From assembly GCF_964194155.1 (NCBI RefSeq), contig NC_135903.1:31620001-31684000 (forward strand): a DNA stretch of 64,000 nucleotides, written 5' to 3'. A program made the translations under genes and the position numbers. Each line of letters opens with the position of its first letter. The stretch's first letter is position 1. Shown here in pieces: positions 37,374-53,562 of the stretch. Under the pieces are notes generated by a model. That model saw only the letters and a list, made by a program, of their open reading frames with translations. It ran no database searches and was not told the origin of the DNA. This DNA comes from Cetorhinus maximus. Its lineage: Eukaryota.

Positions 37374-40324
37374 TGATTCCACAATCCTTCCTTCTTTGTC
37401 CTTCAAGGCAATGACGGCCGTGCTCATTATTTGGGGCGTTTGGTAGGGGTCCAGTGCGTATGCCTCTATGCCTATTTACAAGGAGCTTATCTTAAGAAAC
37501 GGTGAGCCTGTAATTTTCCAAGCTGTGCTCCTGGTTGGTGGAATCAATGACTAAATGTTTAATTGTGTTGTTATTTATACGTGTTGCCATTGTAACGAAA
37601 AACCTGATACAACTGAATCCTTGGGATTGTCTTGCTAAAGTATGGACAATTTGTAAAGTTAATTACTTAGAAATAGAGTGACTGTTATGCAGGTCAGTAA
37701 TTTTCATACTTTCCACCACCATCACACAGTAGCAGCAGTGTGTGCCATCTACAAGATGCACTGCAGGAATTCAGCAAAGCTCGTTCGACAGCACCTTCCA
37801 AACCCGCAACCACTATCACCTAGAAGGACAAAGGCAACAGATAGATGGGGAACACCACCACCTGGAAGTTCCCCTCCAAGTCACTCACCATCCTGACTTG
37901 GAAATGTATCGCTGTTCCTTCATTGTCGCTGGGTCAAAATCCTGGAACTCCCTTCCTAACAGCACTGTGGGTGTACCTACACCATATGGACTGCAGCAGC
38001 TCAAGAAGGCAGCTCACCATCACCTTCTCAAGGGCAACTAGGGGTGAGCATTAAATGCTGGCCCAGCCAGCGAAGCCCACATCTCGTGAAAGAATAATTT
38101 TTAAAAAGCCGCTGCAAACAGCAAGAGAAACCTGCATTTATACAGTGCCTTTAATGTAAAATGTACAAAGACACTTCACAGAGCATTATCAAATAAAATC
38201 TGGCAACAAGCACCAAAAGGAGAGATTACAACAAATTTTTATGAGGCACCTTCAATGCAGCAAAACATCTCAAGACACTTCACAAGAGTTTTAATCAAAA
38301 TTTGAGCCACAGGAGATATTAGAACAAATGACCAACGTTTCAGCAAAGGGGTAGGTTTTAAGGATTATCTTAAAAGGGTGAAAGAGAGTTAAGGAGGCAA
38401 AAAAATTTAGGGAGGGAGTTCCAAAACTTAAGGCACGATCACCAATTATGCTCTAGCGATTAAAATCTGGACTGCGCAAGGGACCAGAATTGGAGTGCAG
38501 AGATCTTGGAGGGTTGTAGGAAGTTACAGAGATAGGAAGAAGGTAATGCTGTGGAGGAATTTGAAGACAGGGATGAGAATTAAAATTGAGATGTTTCTGG
38601 AGCAAAAGCCAGCGTAGGTCATCAAGCGAAGGTTTGATGGGTGAACAGGATTTGGTACAAGCCAAGGTATGGGCATCAGAGGTTTTGGTTGAGCACCGGT
38701 TTACATAGAGTGGAAGCTGGGCGGGAGGGCATAGGAATAGTTGAATCCATAGGTAACAAAGGCATGGATGGGGGAATCAGCAGGTGAGCTGATGCAGGGA
38801 CGGAGATGGACTCTGTTATGCTGTTGGAGTAGACAGTTCTGGTGATGAAACAGATATGAGATCATATTACTGGAGATACCCTGTCCAAATTCCCAAAAGA
38901 CACAGTCAGCTAGCCAAGCAAACAATTCCTCCATTGTAAAAGTAATTATTACTGAGCAACGGAAATAATGTGCCATAAGTCAAGAAATAGTAAAATTTAG
39001 AAACTCGCTGAAGCAGAGGAAGGTTTTATGAGCTGGTGATTCCTGTGGGTCGCCATTGTGTGGACTGAGGGTATGGGTATATAAGTTTGAATGCGTGTGA
39101 TGAAAGCAATTGCAATATCTATTCTGTACATAACAAGGCCCGGTAAGATGAATGAACAGTTTATCTGTTTATGGCAGTATTGGTTGAGCAAAAAAGATTT
39201 GTCACAACAATTGGAGATCTTCCTGTGCTGGAATATTAGTCGAGACCATGAGTTCAAACTCATGGAATGGGGATTGGAAGTACAGTCACTGACACAGAAG
39301 TGAAAGTGCTACAATCAAGCCAAACTCTTACATAATAATCCCCTTTACAACAAATGTCATTCGGCCAGTTTCAAGCAGTAAAGGCAACTAACTGACACCT
39401 GTAGAAATTCTCTGCTATCTAATATAATACAAATATGTTAACAGACAGAGGTCAAAAGAGCTTTCAACTCTCGAAAACTCTTTTACCACAATGCTCCTTC
39501 TTTTAAAAATCTCCATGTGCCATGTGGAAAGCGGAATAATTTGCATTCAAAATTGCAACATTTGTGTTTTTATAAAATGTTGTCCATCTGAAAAGATGTT
39601 GTTATTCTGTTCATTTATACTGAGAAAAGAACATCTTTCTGAGTCTTCCCAATTAGAATGGCCATCTCTGCTGTCAAGTAGTAATGCAGGTTTAGCCCAG
39701 GTTGCAGAGTAAATTTTAAAGCGGGGTTTTCCTGTGCACACACAAGCTTCCCAGTATTTAGGAGCTCTGAAACACAAGGACTTCACCCATTACAGATCTG
39801 CACATTGTGATTTTCTGCAGAATCGTCGACATCCAAATAAGTCATTTGCCTTTTTTCCCTCCACAATTTTCTCAATTTATTTCTTTGAAAGACATCATAT
39901 CTGATTTTCGTCCCTGCTTTCAGGCAGGACTGGAGAGGTAGCATGACGCACATCACACTGCAGGATTCACTGTATCCATTGATGTCTGGGTCATTTTGTT
40001 GGATCCTTGAAATAAAGCAGCCTAAAAACCCATCAAAAACTGACAGGCGCTTCATTAGCCCACACAAATCAGGGTTTTATGACATCAATAGGACTCTAAA
40101 GCAATTTTCCTATATCAATGCTCCTCTGTGTAAAAAATGATCAAGGGCCCTTGTTGCAATCCTAACTGACATCCACCAAGAAAGAAAATTAGATTCAGTG
40201 ACTCCTTTGTTGGGATACAAGAGGCTTATTACCTTTTGACATTAGCTGCTACATAGTCATGCCACCAACAAACAGCAGATGTCAGTGTTCTCCGATTTAT
40301 GAATGACATTCTTAAAGTGGGTTA

Positions 40325-40460
40325 AAAACAAAAAACTACTGCGGATGCTGGAAATCCAAAGCAAAAACAGAATTACCTGGAAAAACTCAGCAGGTCTGGC
40401 AGCATCGGTGGAGAAGAAAAGAGTCGACGTTTCGAGTCCACATGACCCTTCAACAGAACA
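40325..40460 (-). mobile_element. Short Penelope pLTR copy with hammerhead motif
   Basis: Minus strand GTT-CTGTTGA-A-GGGTC-ATGTG-GACTC-GAAA-CGT-C-GAC, followed by the shared ctgctgagtttttccag tail. Confidence 0.75.
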
Positions 40461-41409
40461 GCTTTGAGCGATAACAAGTCAGTTGCCCTGATCGTAATAT
40501 CATTTTCTGCCCTTTGATCGGACTAGCTCACCACCAGCTAGTCAATAGCTAATGGCATGTGATAATGTATGGGAATGTTTTATCACACTTTGAGCCCACA
40601 ATCTTCTGACTCAGTTCAGTACTATTAACCAAGCTAAATAGTCTGATCCGCTACAGAATTAAAGAATTATCATTTCCTCCTCACAGTAATATCCCCCAAC
40701 TCCTCAGACTGTGGACTCACAATAGGGCCCCTGATGCAGAGGGCACCAACCCACTTTCTCTTCACACGTGTGTCTGGATGGGTACTGGCTGAAGTCACCT
40801 CAACCTCACCCCTCGCCTGAGGTGTGGTGACCCTCTGGTTAAACTCACCACCAGTCATCTCTCTGTAATGAGAGAGCAGCCTATGGTCCTCTGGGTCTAC
40901 GGCAACTTTCATTTTAATTTCATTCACATTCTGGGAATAGAAATGGATTAGATAGTTAAAAAATTGTAACCATTATAAATTTTGACTGGAGAGAAACTAC
41001 TTCAACAGGGAACTATGGGTCATTTAGCCTAACATCAGTAGTAGGCAAAATGCAAGAATCTGTTGGAGCCATATTTGACTTGAAACGTAATCTCTGTTTC
41101 TCTCTACATGGCTGCTGCCAAACCTGCTGAGGTTTTCCAGCACTTCCTGTTTTTATTTTAGTATTTTGCTTTAATTTTAGTATTGAATGTCTCCCTCACC
41201 GAAGCATCCACATTGAACAACAATTAAGTTCATCGCTGTGGTCGAGTCAACATGGATTAATGAAACAGAAAGTGTTAGGCAAATCTGTTGCCAGTTTCAG
41301 AGGATGTAACTAGAAAGGTGGATATCAGGGAACCAGTAGATAAGATGTATTTGACTTTCCAAAAATCATTTGATGAGATACCACACAAGAGGTTATTACA
41401 CAAAATACC

Positions 41410-43195
41410 TTACAGACAATGTCCCAGACACCACCACTGCCATCTCTGGATATGCCCTGTCCCAATGGCAGGACAGACCCAGCATAGGTGGTGGCACAGT
41501 GATATACAGTCAGGAGGGAGTTGCCCTGGGAGTCCTCAACATTGACTCCAGACCCCAAGAAGTCCCATGGCATCAGGTCAAACGTGGGCAAGGAAACCTC
41601 CTGCTGATTACCACATACAGCCCCCACCCCCAACTGATGAATCAGTACTCCTCCAGGCTGAACACCACTTGGAGGAAGCACTGAGCATGACAAGGGCACA
41701 GAATGTGCTCTGGGTGGGGGACTTCATTATCCATCACCAAGAATGGCTTGGTAGCACCGCTATAGACCGAGCTGGCTAAGTCCTAAAGGACACAGCTGTT
41801 AGACTGGGTCTGTGGCAGACGGTGAGGGAACCAACAAAAGGGAAGAACATACTTGACCTCATCCTCATCAACCTGCCTGCTGCAGATGCATCTGTCCATG
41901 ACATTATCAGTAGGATTGAGCACTGCACAGTCCTTGTGGAGATAAAGTCCTGTCTTCACATTGAGGATACTTTCCATCATGATATTTGGCAATACCACCG
42001 TGCTAAATGTGATAGATTTTGAACAGATCTAGCAACTCAAGATTGAACATCCATGAGGCACAGTGGACCACCAGCAGCAGTAGAATTGTACTCAACCAAA
42101 ATCTGTAACCTCATGGCCTGCCTATCCTCCACTCTACTATTACCACCAACCCAGGGATCAACCATGGTTCAATGAAGAGAGCAGGAGGGCATGCTAGGAG
42201 CAGCATCAGGCATATCTGGTCACTGCAAAGGCTATGGGCCCTGACAATATTCCAGCAATAGTACTGAACACTTGCGCTCAAGAACTTGCTGCACCCGTAG
42301 CTAATCTGTTCCAGTACAGCTACAACACTGGCATCTACCTGGTATGTCCTATACACATAAAGCAGGACAAGTTCAGCCTGGTCAATTACTGGTCAGGCTT
42401 GGACTGACAAGTAGCAAGTAACATTCGCACCACACAAGTGCCAGGCAATGATCATATCCAAAAAGAGAGAATTTAACCATCGCCCCTTGACATTCAGTGG
42501 CATTACCATCACTGAATCCCCCATTATCAACATCCTGGGGGTTACCATTGACTAGAAACTGAACTGGACTAGCCATATAAATACTGTGGCTACAAGAGCA
42601 GGTCAGAGGCTAGGAATTCTGCAGCGAGTAACTCACCTCCTGACTCCCTAAAGTCTGTCCACCATCTACAGGGCACAAGTCAGGAGTGTGATGGAATACT
42701 CTCCACTTGTCTGGATGAGTGCAGCTCCAACAACACTCAAAAAGCTTGACACCATCCAAGACAAAGCAGCCTGCTTGATTGGTACCCCATCCACAAACAT
42801 TCACTCCCTCCACCACCGACGCACAGTGGCAGCAGTGTGTACCATCTGCAAGATGCACTTCAGAAGCTCACCAAGGCTCCTTAGACAGCACCAACCAAAC
42901 CTACGACTGCTACTGTCTAGAAGGACAAGGGCAGCAGATATGTGGGAACACCACCACCTGGAAGTTCCCCTCCAAGCTACTTACCATCCTGACTTGGAAA
43001 CATATCGCCATTCCTTCACTGTCGGTGGAATCCTGGAACTCCTTCCCTAACAGCACTGTGGGTGTACCTACACCACAGGGACTGCAGCCATTCAAGAAGG
43101 CAGCTCACCACCACCTTTTCAAGGGCAATTAGGGATGGGTGATAAATGCTGGCCTAGCCAGCAACGCCCACATCCCATGAATGAATAAAAAAAAA
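41410..43195 (+). mobile_element. Internally deleted APE-type LINE nested in a CR1
   Basis: NVLWVGDF endonuclease remnant, YSPLVWMSAAPTTLKKLDTIQ and the family 3' tail. CR1 sequence resumes at about 43197. Confidence 0.85.
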
Positions 43196-43539
43196 TTAGG
43201 GCTCATGGGATAGGGGCAACATTTTAGCATAGATTGAGGTTAATGGACAGAAAACAGAGTAAGAACAAACTGAACATTTTTGGGTTGGCAGGTAACTAGT
43301 GGTATACTGCAAGGATCAGCCATTTACAATCTAACGTATATTAATGACTTAGATGAGGAAACTGTATGTAACATATCCAGGTTTGCTGATCTTATGAAGC
43401 CAAGTGAGAAAGTAATGTTGAGGAGGATGCAAAGAAGCTGCAGAGGGATGTAAGCAGGATGGGTGAGTGGACATGGTATGGGGTGTAATGTGGCAGTGCA
43501 AAGTTATCTACTTTGATAGTAAACATCAAGTGACACTAT

Positions 43540-44516
43540 ATGCTGAGGTCCTACCCTCCCTGTTGTTACGAAGGATGGGTCTGGCCACATTGCTGTGGAG
43601 CTTTCCATTCAGTTGGAAATTGACGTACCACTACCCCTCGTAAAAAAAAGATTGTGCAGAAAAACACCTTTGACAACAGTTCCATTTAAGGCAGTAATGT
43701 CCTGGAGGCCATGTGGGAAACAGATGGCAGATCCTGCCAGATGGTTCCCTAAGCAGACTGTCAGCCATTTGGCAAAAAACCTCATCGCCAGTACTTTCAA
43801 ACAAGCAACAAGTAGCAGCGTAGTTGGTGGTGAGAAGGGCCTCTCTATCAAATCCTTCCTGTATGCTCAGAATCTCTCAGCCTCTACACGCTGCCCTTAA
43901 GGCAGCTGCAGTTGGGGAAGAGACCATTGCCCACCTCCTTCTGGGATGTGCCTTTGCAAAGCAGATCTGGAAAGAGAAGCAAATGGCTTTTGTGGAGGTT
44001 TATCCAGGGCAGCTCTGTAAAATGCAGAACTCTGTGCTCTACAGGCTGTTCCCAAGGATGCACGCCAAGGTAATCATCAACTGCTAGGGGACCAACTCAA
44101 ATTAACTGATCAACTCAGTGACTTCTTTGGTCTTCCTGGAATTTGCTGGTCTTCCAGTACAAAGAGCTGCTGATTAGCACATTTGAAGGGCCAGGACTTC
44201 TTGTTGAAACACAACACTAAAACCTGAGGCAGCTGCTGCAAAAGCTCAATGGGGAAAGGCCACTATGCCCCTCCCGTCATAGTAGATAGACCAAGGAATA
44301 GGAACTAGTGTAAAACCCTTGGACGGTATGCACCAGAATATGTTTTATACAGAATGCAAATTACACTAAATATAACCTGTAACAGCAAATGTAGTGAGGC
44401 GACCTATGTACTGTATTGAAATAAACAGACTTATATGGCACTATTTCATGCCAAATTTTATTCATAACATTTGTAAAGGTGCGTTACATAAAGTATATTT
44501 TGGGGGAAAAAAAAAG
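43540..44516 (+). mobile_element. Tx1/L1-clade LINE 3' fragment
   Basis: EETIAHLLLGCAFAKQIW (zf-RVT-like C-terminal motif), AT-rich 3'UTR and A-tail, inserted in a CR1. Confidence 0.6.
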
Positions 44517-46589
44517 GCAATTTTTTTGAATGGTGAAAAATTGGAAATGTCTGCATTCTGAGGGATCTCGGTATTCTTGTACATTAATTGCAATAAGTTA
44601 ACTTGCAGGTACAGCAAGCAATGATGTGTTATATTTTGTTACAAAGGGATTGCAAAGGCAAAGATGCCTTACTACAATTATACAGGTGATTGGTGAGGTC
44701 ACACCTGAAGTAGTGTGTGCAATTTTGGTCTCCTTACCCAAGGATGTAACCTAGAGGGCATGCCATGAAGGTTTACTAGATTAGTTCTGGGATGAGAATT
44801 TGAGGAGGGATTGAATATTCTACACCTATATTCTGTGGTGTTTAGAAGAATGAGAGATGATCTAATTGAAATGTACAGAATTCTTAAGGGGCTTAAACAG
44901 TAAATGCTGAGAAAATATTTCCCCTTGAGGAATCTAGGACAGGATCAAAATCTCAGAATATGACTGAGTTGAGGAGAAATTTCTTCACTCAAAGGGTTGT
45001 GAAACTTTGGCATTCTCTAAACAAGAGTCTGTTGCTCAGTTGCTGACAGAACCCAACAGATTTTTAAGCACTAAGGCATATGGGAACAGTGCAAGAAGGT
45101 GGAGTTGCGGTAGATGATTAGCCATGATCTTATTGAATAGCAGATCAAGTTCAAATGTTCAAATGGTCTGCACCTGCTTCCATCTCATGTTCTTACAATA
45201 ACTGCACACATTGGATATTTTTAATACTTTATTGATTCTGTGTGTACACACTTTGGTACTTGGACAAAATTTCAAATACAGCAATAATTCATGCCACAAA
45301 ATTATATTACTGCATGATATTACAATAAATCCCAAATCATACATTTACCTTAAGTATCATATACACAAGTTTTTTTATAAATTTATGCAGCTTTCACCAT
45401 CATTCCAAAGTTCACAAATGAGAATTTGACAATGAGTTTAAATATAAAGATTGTGGGACAAATAAATCCAGTTTATTCATATATATGTACAACATAATGG
45501 CCACTTTCTGTTTCAATCTTGTACTATCGTAGTGTATTCCCCATATGGTGATAATTGATTTAAAAATAAATCAATGAATTGGATGAATTCTATATCTAGA
45601 GCAGCACAACTTAAATGAGGACATTGATGTCTTAACATACTAATTTGTGTAATATGGTGATCTTGTACTGCAGCTCCTGCTACAATTTAGCCATCCTCAC
45701 TTACATTGTTTAAAAAAAAACTAAGAAGCATTCACAGAATTGTTTTCATTATTGAGAAAAATCGTTAAGGCTAATTGTTGCACGAAAACACTACCATATA
45801 CCTTTCCCAAATTGGTCTGCTCAGTGTATAGTTTATTTTAAATATTGAAGATTGTATTACATATTTTGCTACAATTGGTATTTAACTTTTGGTGATGAGA
45901 AACCCTTTGGATATCACTCAATACTATCATGAGGTCCAGTTAAAAGCTTTTAAGAACAGATACCATGAAACTCACATCAAATGATAAACATCAATTTCAG
46001 GGTTAAAAGCCAGTTAAAACTAGGAACTTGAGGAAAATTAAAAATCATACATATATCAGATGAAGCACATTCCCTCCATCTGTTCCAATTTCCCAAATGT
46101 CGTGATATAACATTGCATAGCCAGCTTACTACAGAAGCTAATGTTAGCTTCCCCTCCCCCACCATTAAAATAGAATAGGTGTTTCTAATTATTGAAGAGT
46201 AAACAGGATCTTTCTATTCCCTTCTGGGCTATGGAGAGTAGCAGCTTTTGGAGCAAACGTACACTCTGCAAACATTGTGGGCTGCAGAGCGACATGTTTC
46301 ACTAAACAGCTGAATGCTGAGGCTTTAATGCAGATCTATTGGATAATTCTTTACCTAAGGAGCACTGTAGCTAACTGTCAGTTAAGAGAACTTCAGAAGG
46401 CATTAGTTTCCATTGTGAGGTCAGAGCCCACAAGTGTAAGTCAGAGGCCAGCAATCCTTCTCTACCAGCCCTGATGACTCCATGAGATTCAAGTCCTCTT
46501 GCACAGCACCATTTTATACCCCAAAGTACGCTTCAACCATGAATTATGTCTGAAGTATATCAACTGTAGTGGGCAAACTTTTACAGAGC

Positions 46590-49100
46590 AAGCTCTCTCA
46601 AATTGTATTTCAGGTTGGCAGGATATAACAAATGGAATGCCAAAGAGATCAATGCTAAGGGCCTCAACTGTTTACAATCTACATCAATGGTTTGGATGAA
46701 GGGACAAAATGTATAGTTGCTAAATTTACTGATGACACCAAGATAGGCAGGAAAGTAAGTTGTGAAGAGGATGCAAGCAGTCTGCAAAGGGATATAGATA
46801 GGTTAAGTGAGTGAGCAAAGATTTGGCGATTGGCGCATAATATGGAAAAATGTGAACTTGTCCGCTTTGGCAGAAAGAGTAGAAAAGCAGCATATTATCT
46901 AAATGAAGACAGATTGCAGAACTCTGAGGTAGAGGGATCGGTGTGCCCTGGTACATGAATCACAAAAACGTAGAAGTGATTAGGAAGGCAAATGGAATGT
47001 TGTCATTTATATCCCATTTCCCTTGCAATAAAAGTAGTGATGTTTTGCTATAATTCTCCAAGACATTGGCGAGACCACATCTAGAGTAGTGTACACAGTT
47101 TCGGTATCTTTTTAAATTCGTTCATGGGATGTGGGCATTACTGGCTAGGCCAGCATTTATTGCCCATCCCTAATTGCCCATGAGAAGGTGGTGGTGAAGC
47201 TAACATAGAAGTTCAACAGGTAATAGAGAAGGTAAATGGAACGTTGGCCTTTATTTCAAAGGGAATGGAGTCTAAAAATAGGGAAGTCTTGCTAAAATTA
47301 TACATGGCACTAGTTAGACCACACCTAGAATGCTTTGAACAATTTTGGTCCCCTTATCTAAGGAAAGCTATACTGGCATTGGAGGGACTTCAGAGAAGGT
47401 TCACTAGTTGATCCTTGGTATGGAGGGGTTTTCTTATGAGAGGTTGAGTAGGTTGGGCCTGTACTCATTGGAATTTAGAAGAATGAGAGGTGATCTTATT
47501 GAAACATAAGATTCTTAGGGGACTTGACAGGGTAGGTGCCAAGAGGTTGTTTCCCCTTGTGAGAGTGTCTAGGACCAGAGGGCATAATCTCAGAGTAAGG
47601 GGTTGCCCATTTAAGACAGAGATGAGGAGGAATTTCTTCTCTCAGAGGATAGGCAATCTGTGGAATTCTTTACCGCAGAGGGTGGTAGAGGCTGGGTCGT
47701 TAATATATTTAAGGCTGAGGTTGGCAGATTTTTAATCAGTAAGGGAATCAAGGGTTATGGGGAAAAGGCAGGAAAGTGCAGTTGAGGATTATCGGGTCAG
47801 CCATGATCTCATTGAATGACTGAGCAGACTCGATGGGCTGAATGACCTGCTTCTGCTCCTATGTCTTATGGTGAGTTGCCTTCTTGAACCACTGCAGTCC
47901 ATTTAAGAAAGGACATAATTACATTAGTAGTTCAGAGAAGGTTCACTCAAATAATTTCTGGGATCAGGAGGTTATTTTACGAGGAAAGGCTGGTCAGGCT
48001 AGGCCTGCATCTATTGGAGTTTAGAAGAATGAGAGGTGATCTTATTGAAACATGTAAGATCCTGAGGGGACATATAAACAAGGAGCAGGAGGCAGCCATT
48101 CAGCCCCTCGAGCCTGCTCCGCCATTTACCAAGATCATGGTTGATCTGATAGTAACCTGAAATCTGCATCTCACCTAACCCTGATAACCTATCACCCTCT
48201 TGCTTACCAAGAATCTATCCACCTCTGCCTTAAAAATATTCAAAGGCTCTGCTTCCATCATCTTTTCGGGAAAAGAGTTCCAAAGACTCATGACCCTCAA
48301 GTGAAAAAATTTCACCTCATCTCGGTTTTAAATGGGCGACCCCCTATTTTTAAAGTGACCCCTAGTTCCAGATTCTCCCACAAGAGGAAACATCCTCTCC
48401 ACATCCACCCTGTGAGAACCCCTCAGGATCTTATATGTTTCAAATCAAGTCACCTCTCACTCTTCTAAACTCCAGCAGATACAAGCCTAGTCTGTCCAAC
48501 CTTTCCTCATAAGACAACCCACCCATTCCAAGTATTAGTCTGGTAAACCTTCTCTGAACTGCTTCCAACACATTTGCATCCTTCCTTAAATAAGGTGACC
48601 AATACTGTTCACAGTACTCCAGATGTGGTCTCACGAGTGCCCTATACAACTGAAGCATAACCTCCCTACTTTTGTATTCAATTCCCCTCACAATAAATTA
48701 TAACATTCCATCAGCTTTCCTAATTACTTGCTGCACCTGCAGACTAGCCTTTTGAGATTTTGACAGTAGCTGCAAAGGTTCTTCCCCTTGTGGGAGAGAC
48801 CAGAACTAGGGGACACAGTTCAAAAATAAGGGGTCTTCCATTTAAGACGGAGGTGAGAAGTTTCTTCTCAGAGGGTCGTGAGTCTGTGGAACACTCTTCC
48901 CCAGAGAGAGAAGTGGAGGCAGGGTCATTGAACATTTTTTTTTAAGAAGGCAGAAGTAGACAGATTCTTGACTAACAAAGGGAATCAAAAGGTTATGGGG
49001 GGTAGCCGGCAAGGAGTTGAGACGACAATCAGATCAGCTATGATCTTATCAAAGGGCACAGCAGGTCTGAATGGCCTAATCATGCCTCTAATTGATATTT
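46590..49100 (+). mobile_element. Cluster of nested CR1 LINE fragments, including a reverse copy at about 48070-48760
   Basis: ORFs 47490-47735, 48440-48691 (LYRALVRPHLEYC..WSPYLRKD) and 48760-48945. Confidence 0.85.
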
Positions 49101-52100
49101 TCTTAACTATTAAATGAGGTAAATAGCGATTTAATGTTTTTGGTGATATTGGTTGGGGAGAAATGTTTGTCCAAACATATACCTAAACAGGTAGTTGAAT
49201 GCGTTATTGCATCTCAACCAAAAGACAGCATTCCCTCATTCAATAAATCACTGAAGTAAAAGTTTTGATTACTTATCAAGTCCTGGTGTGAGAAAAATAT
49301 CAACTTAAAACAAATAACACAGATGTTCAAACAGTATGAGGTCACTGGAAGACCTCAATTGGTTTTAGCTAGAGAAAGTGCAAATTAAATCCCAAGACCC
49401 AGATTGAGCTGAAGTGCAGCAGAACAAGGTGTCAGGTGGGATGAGGAGGAATGGCCTGACACTAGATTGAGGCTGCATTCACTTTAGTTACGTGTTGTTG
49501 CAAAGGGAAACTACTTTCATTTCCAGATGGCAAGAAATTGGTAAGCATGGTTAACAAGAGGAAGACTGCACCAAACTCAAAGATGTTAACAAACTTGCAT
49601 AATGTCCATAAACGGCAAATGAATTTAAATATAGATAAGAGCGAGTTGATACATTTTGGTGCAGGGAATAGGGGCCACATTTTCATTGGAAAATAAGAAT
49701 CTAAATGGGCCCAAGGCACAAAGCGATCTCAGTATACAGATACACAAATCAGTTAAAGTAGCAATCAATGCAAGTTAAAGCCATAAAAAGTGCAAACAAA
49801 GCATCTGGGTTCATTTCTAGATAAATAGAATTCAAAAGCAGAGAAGATATGCTAAACTTGTACAGAACCTTGGTTTGATTACTTTAACAGTTCTGGTCTC
49901 CAGACTACAAAATAGGAGCTCTAGAAAAAGTGTTGAAACGGTTTACAAAGATATACCAGAATTGAGGGGGTACAATTAGCAGGAAAGTTTGATAATTGTA
50001 CCCCCTTTTTACTCTCAAAAAGAGAAAAGACTGACAAGTGACTTGATAGAGCTCGTGAAAATTATGAAAGGTTTAGTAGGGTAGAGGTAGAGAAGATTTC
50101 TACTTCTCTAGAAGTACTTGTAGGGTAGTCCAAAACTAAGGTACATTTATATATCAATGAGTTTTGAGAATTGAATTTTTGGTCTCTTAATAAAAAAACA
50201 GGATGAGTTATAAATTGTTTCCTCTTAGTGACTCAGTTTCTTATGCTTTGAAAAAAAATGAAATTTTCCAGTAAATTCAATTAAGCTATACAAGATAGCA
50301 CAAGAGGTTGTTTGTGCTGGGGAAAAAGAAACAGACTTTGCTGTTATCAATATTTCTTCCAAGCAGTGGCGACCAGATTCCATTTCTGACTCGATTATAC
50401 ACTGGGTTGGTCAGCTTTTTCTTTGGAAAAGACAAAATAAATTAACAGCAGTTGTTGTTTGAATGCTAAACATGATTACAAATTTAAAATAAAGATCTCA
50501 AATTTAGTTTGATTGGTTTTCAGTTTTGTTTTGTTAGCTCTTTAACAAAATGAAAATCAAATTAATACATACAATTCAAGTAACCAAACATGCAAGATAA
50601 AAAACAGAATTCCTTTTTACTTAATGAGGCAAGAAAATAACTTGGAACCATGTGCAGAAATGGACATCTTTCTGTTCCTAAAATTTCTTTTAAAACAGAG
50701 ATAGTGCTTAGAATAATTTTCAGATCAATATTACAAAAATGCTTTTTGCATTCCTAAGTTCTAATGTAGGGTGTACCCTAAACGTTCCAGAGGAACGAAA
50801 CATTTCTGTTGCATGCCTTGTTAAGCAAATATGGTAACCAAGTACAATTATACAATGTTCGTTAATGACTCGACCTTCCTCCAAGCTTCTAGTATGGTTC
50901 CATGAGGCATAAAGCTTAGAATATAGCATGAACTACATGTGTCCAAAATCAATTCATACTATTTTCAATGACTTCACAATAAAGGGATTAATTACTTACA
51001 CTTAAATGGTCAAAACATGTATGGTTGCATGTTAATTTAATATTGTGAAAAAATGGGATTTTGGAAAGAAAAATAAACATTTTTCTTCCAATATGGTTCA
51101 TATTCTATATTCCACAGAGCAGTATTGGCCATATGCTGTACAACATTAAACAAGAATGACTTCTCAGAGTACACAACTAAGAAAGGAGTGAGGAAAAGCA
51201 AGACAAAAGAAAATGGAATTCCTGATTTTATATCAGGACATCCCAATCACACTGAACATTACACCATAACTGAATATATTATATATATGTATAAATTGTA
51301 AATAAATCTATATTTAATATTTGTAACCAAAACATTTTAGATAATTGCCTAATAGCATCCACATCCATTGCATTATAGTTGGTTCTTGCTTATCCTCCAG
51401 AAATATCAGCATCTGAAAGAAAATGACATTCCCCTAACCAAAACATAGGGCACATACAGTAGTCTATACAGGTCATACCCATTGCCCAGAAAATACAAAG
51501 CTATTATGCATGACAGAAACAGACATATCACCAGGCACAACTGAGACACAGGCTACACAACTTGGATGATACTCCAATGCACAATGCCATGGAGTGTTAG
51601 AACGTGTGCAGCAATTCACCACTTTACGTTATCTAAGCCGAAAGATCAAGCTCGAAACTTGAAGCTACGTTCTGCCCACCCTGAACTGCTCTCATTCCTC
51701 CAAAAAATCTTGCACAGGCCCAAAGGTAGGGTACCTGTCTACCTTCATTGGTCAAAACTGGTGTGTACAGGGAAACAATGAAAAAAAAAGGTAAAAATTA
51801 AAAGTTAAAATAAAATTCAAAAGTCAAGGAGAAAAATACTTTCTATCAAACTTACTAATAAAATGCTCTGGAACCTCAAGATTCTTTAACATAGGGGCGT
51901 CATTAAAAACAAAGTTTTGAGTTTGTACTGAGAAATGTGGAGTTAAGTTGCAGATCAGCCATGAGCTCAGTGAATGGCAAGACAGGCTCAAGGGGCTAAT
52001 TGGCCTACTTCAGTGCCTACAAAAAGCACTTATGCTTTTCAGCCAGGCTCCAACACTAATGACTTGGCTTACTATAGCAGAAACTACTCTGGCTAGCTGA

Positions 52101-52686
52101 CGATTAGAAATTATGACAAGGATCATGTGAGATTCAGTAGTCAGTTCTAACCTAGCTGCGAGTGTTCATAGAAAACGAGGGGGGAGAAAAAAAAAACCAA
52201 TAACTCCCTACAGTGTTTCTTTTATAGAAAGTGGATTTCAACCATCTACCTGTAATAGATTTAAAGTTTTGCAATATACAGTAGTGTGCACTTCTTGTGA
52301 ATGTCACATTTACTTCCTATAACACTAATCATATCATGTATTGCTGATAACACTATTGTTAGAAAACAGCACATCCTATGTTTCAACATGAGCTGTGCAA
52401 TGGCCAACTTGTCTTATTTTATAAATATTAAAATCCAGTCTTAAAAATTTTTTTTTTTTTTTTTAACACAGTCACTAATAATTTTGATTTAAAATACAAT
52501 TGTAACTGACCTTTGGGGAAAAAATGATCCAGTCATCAATTAGACATACCTCAAACTTTCAGTCAAGGCTGTGATATTCAAACTAAGAGCAACATAGGTT
52601 TAATTTGCAATGGATCTGAACATTTAAATCAATCTTTCATAGGACAAAATATAACATCTTGAGTAAAATATATTCATCAGGAAACA

Positions 52687-53562
<876 letters not shown>

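Noticed and set aside
45190-52686. Possible very long RUNDC1 3'UTR ending at AATAAA near 45228 or 45472
   Set aside because: Many chance poly(A) hexamers occur in AT-rich sequence; the end cannot be placed without transcript data.
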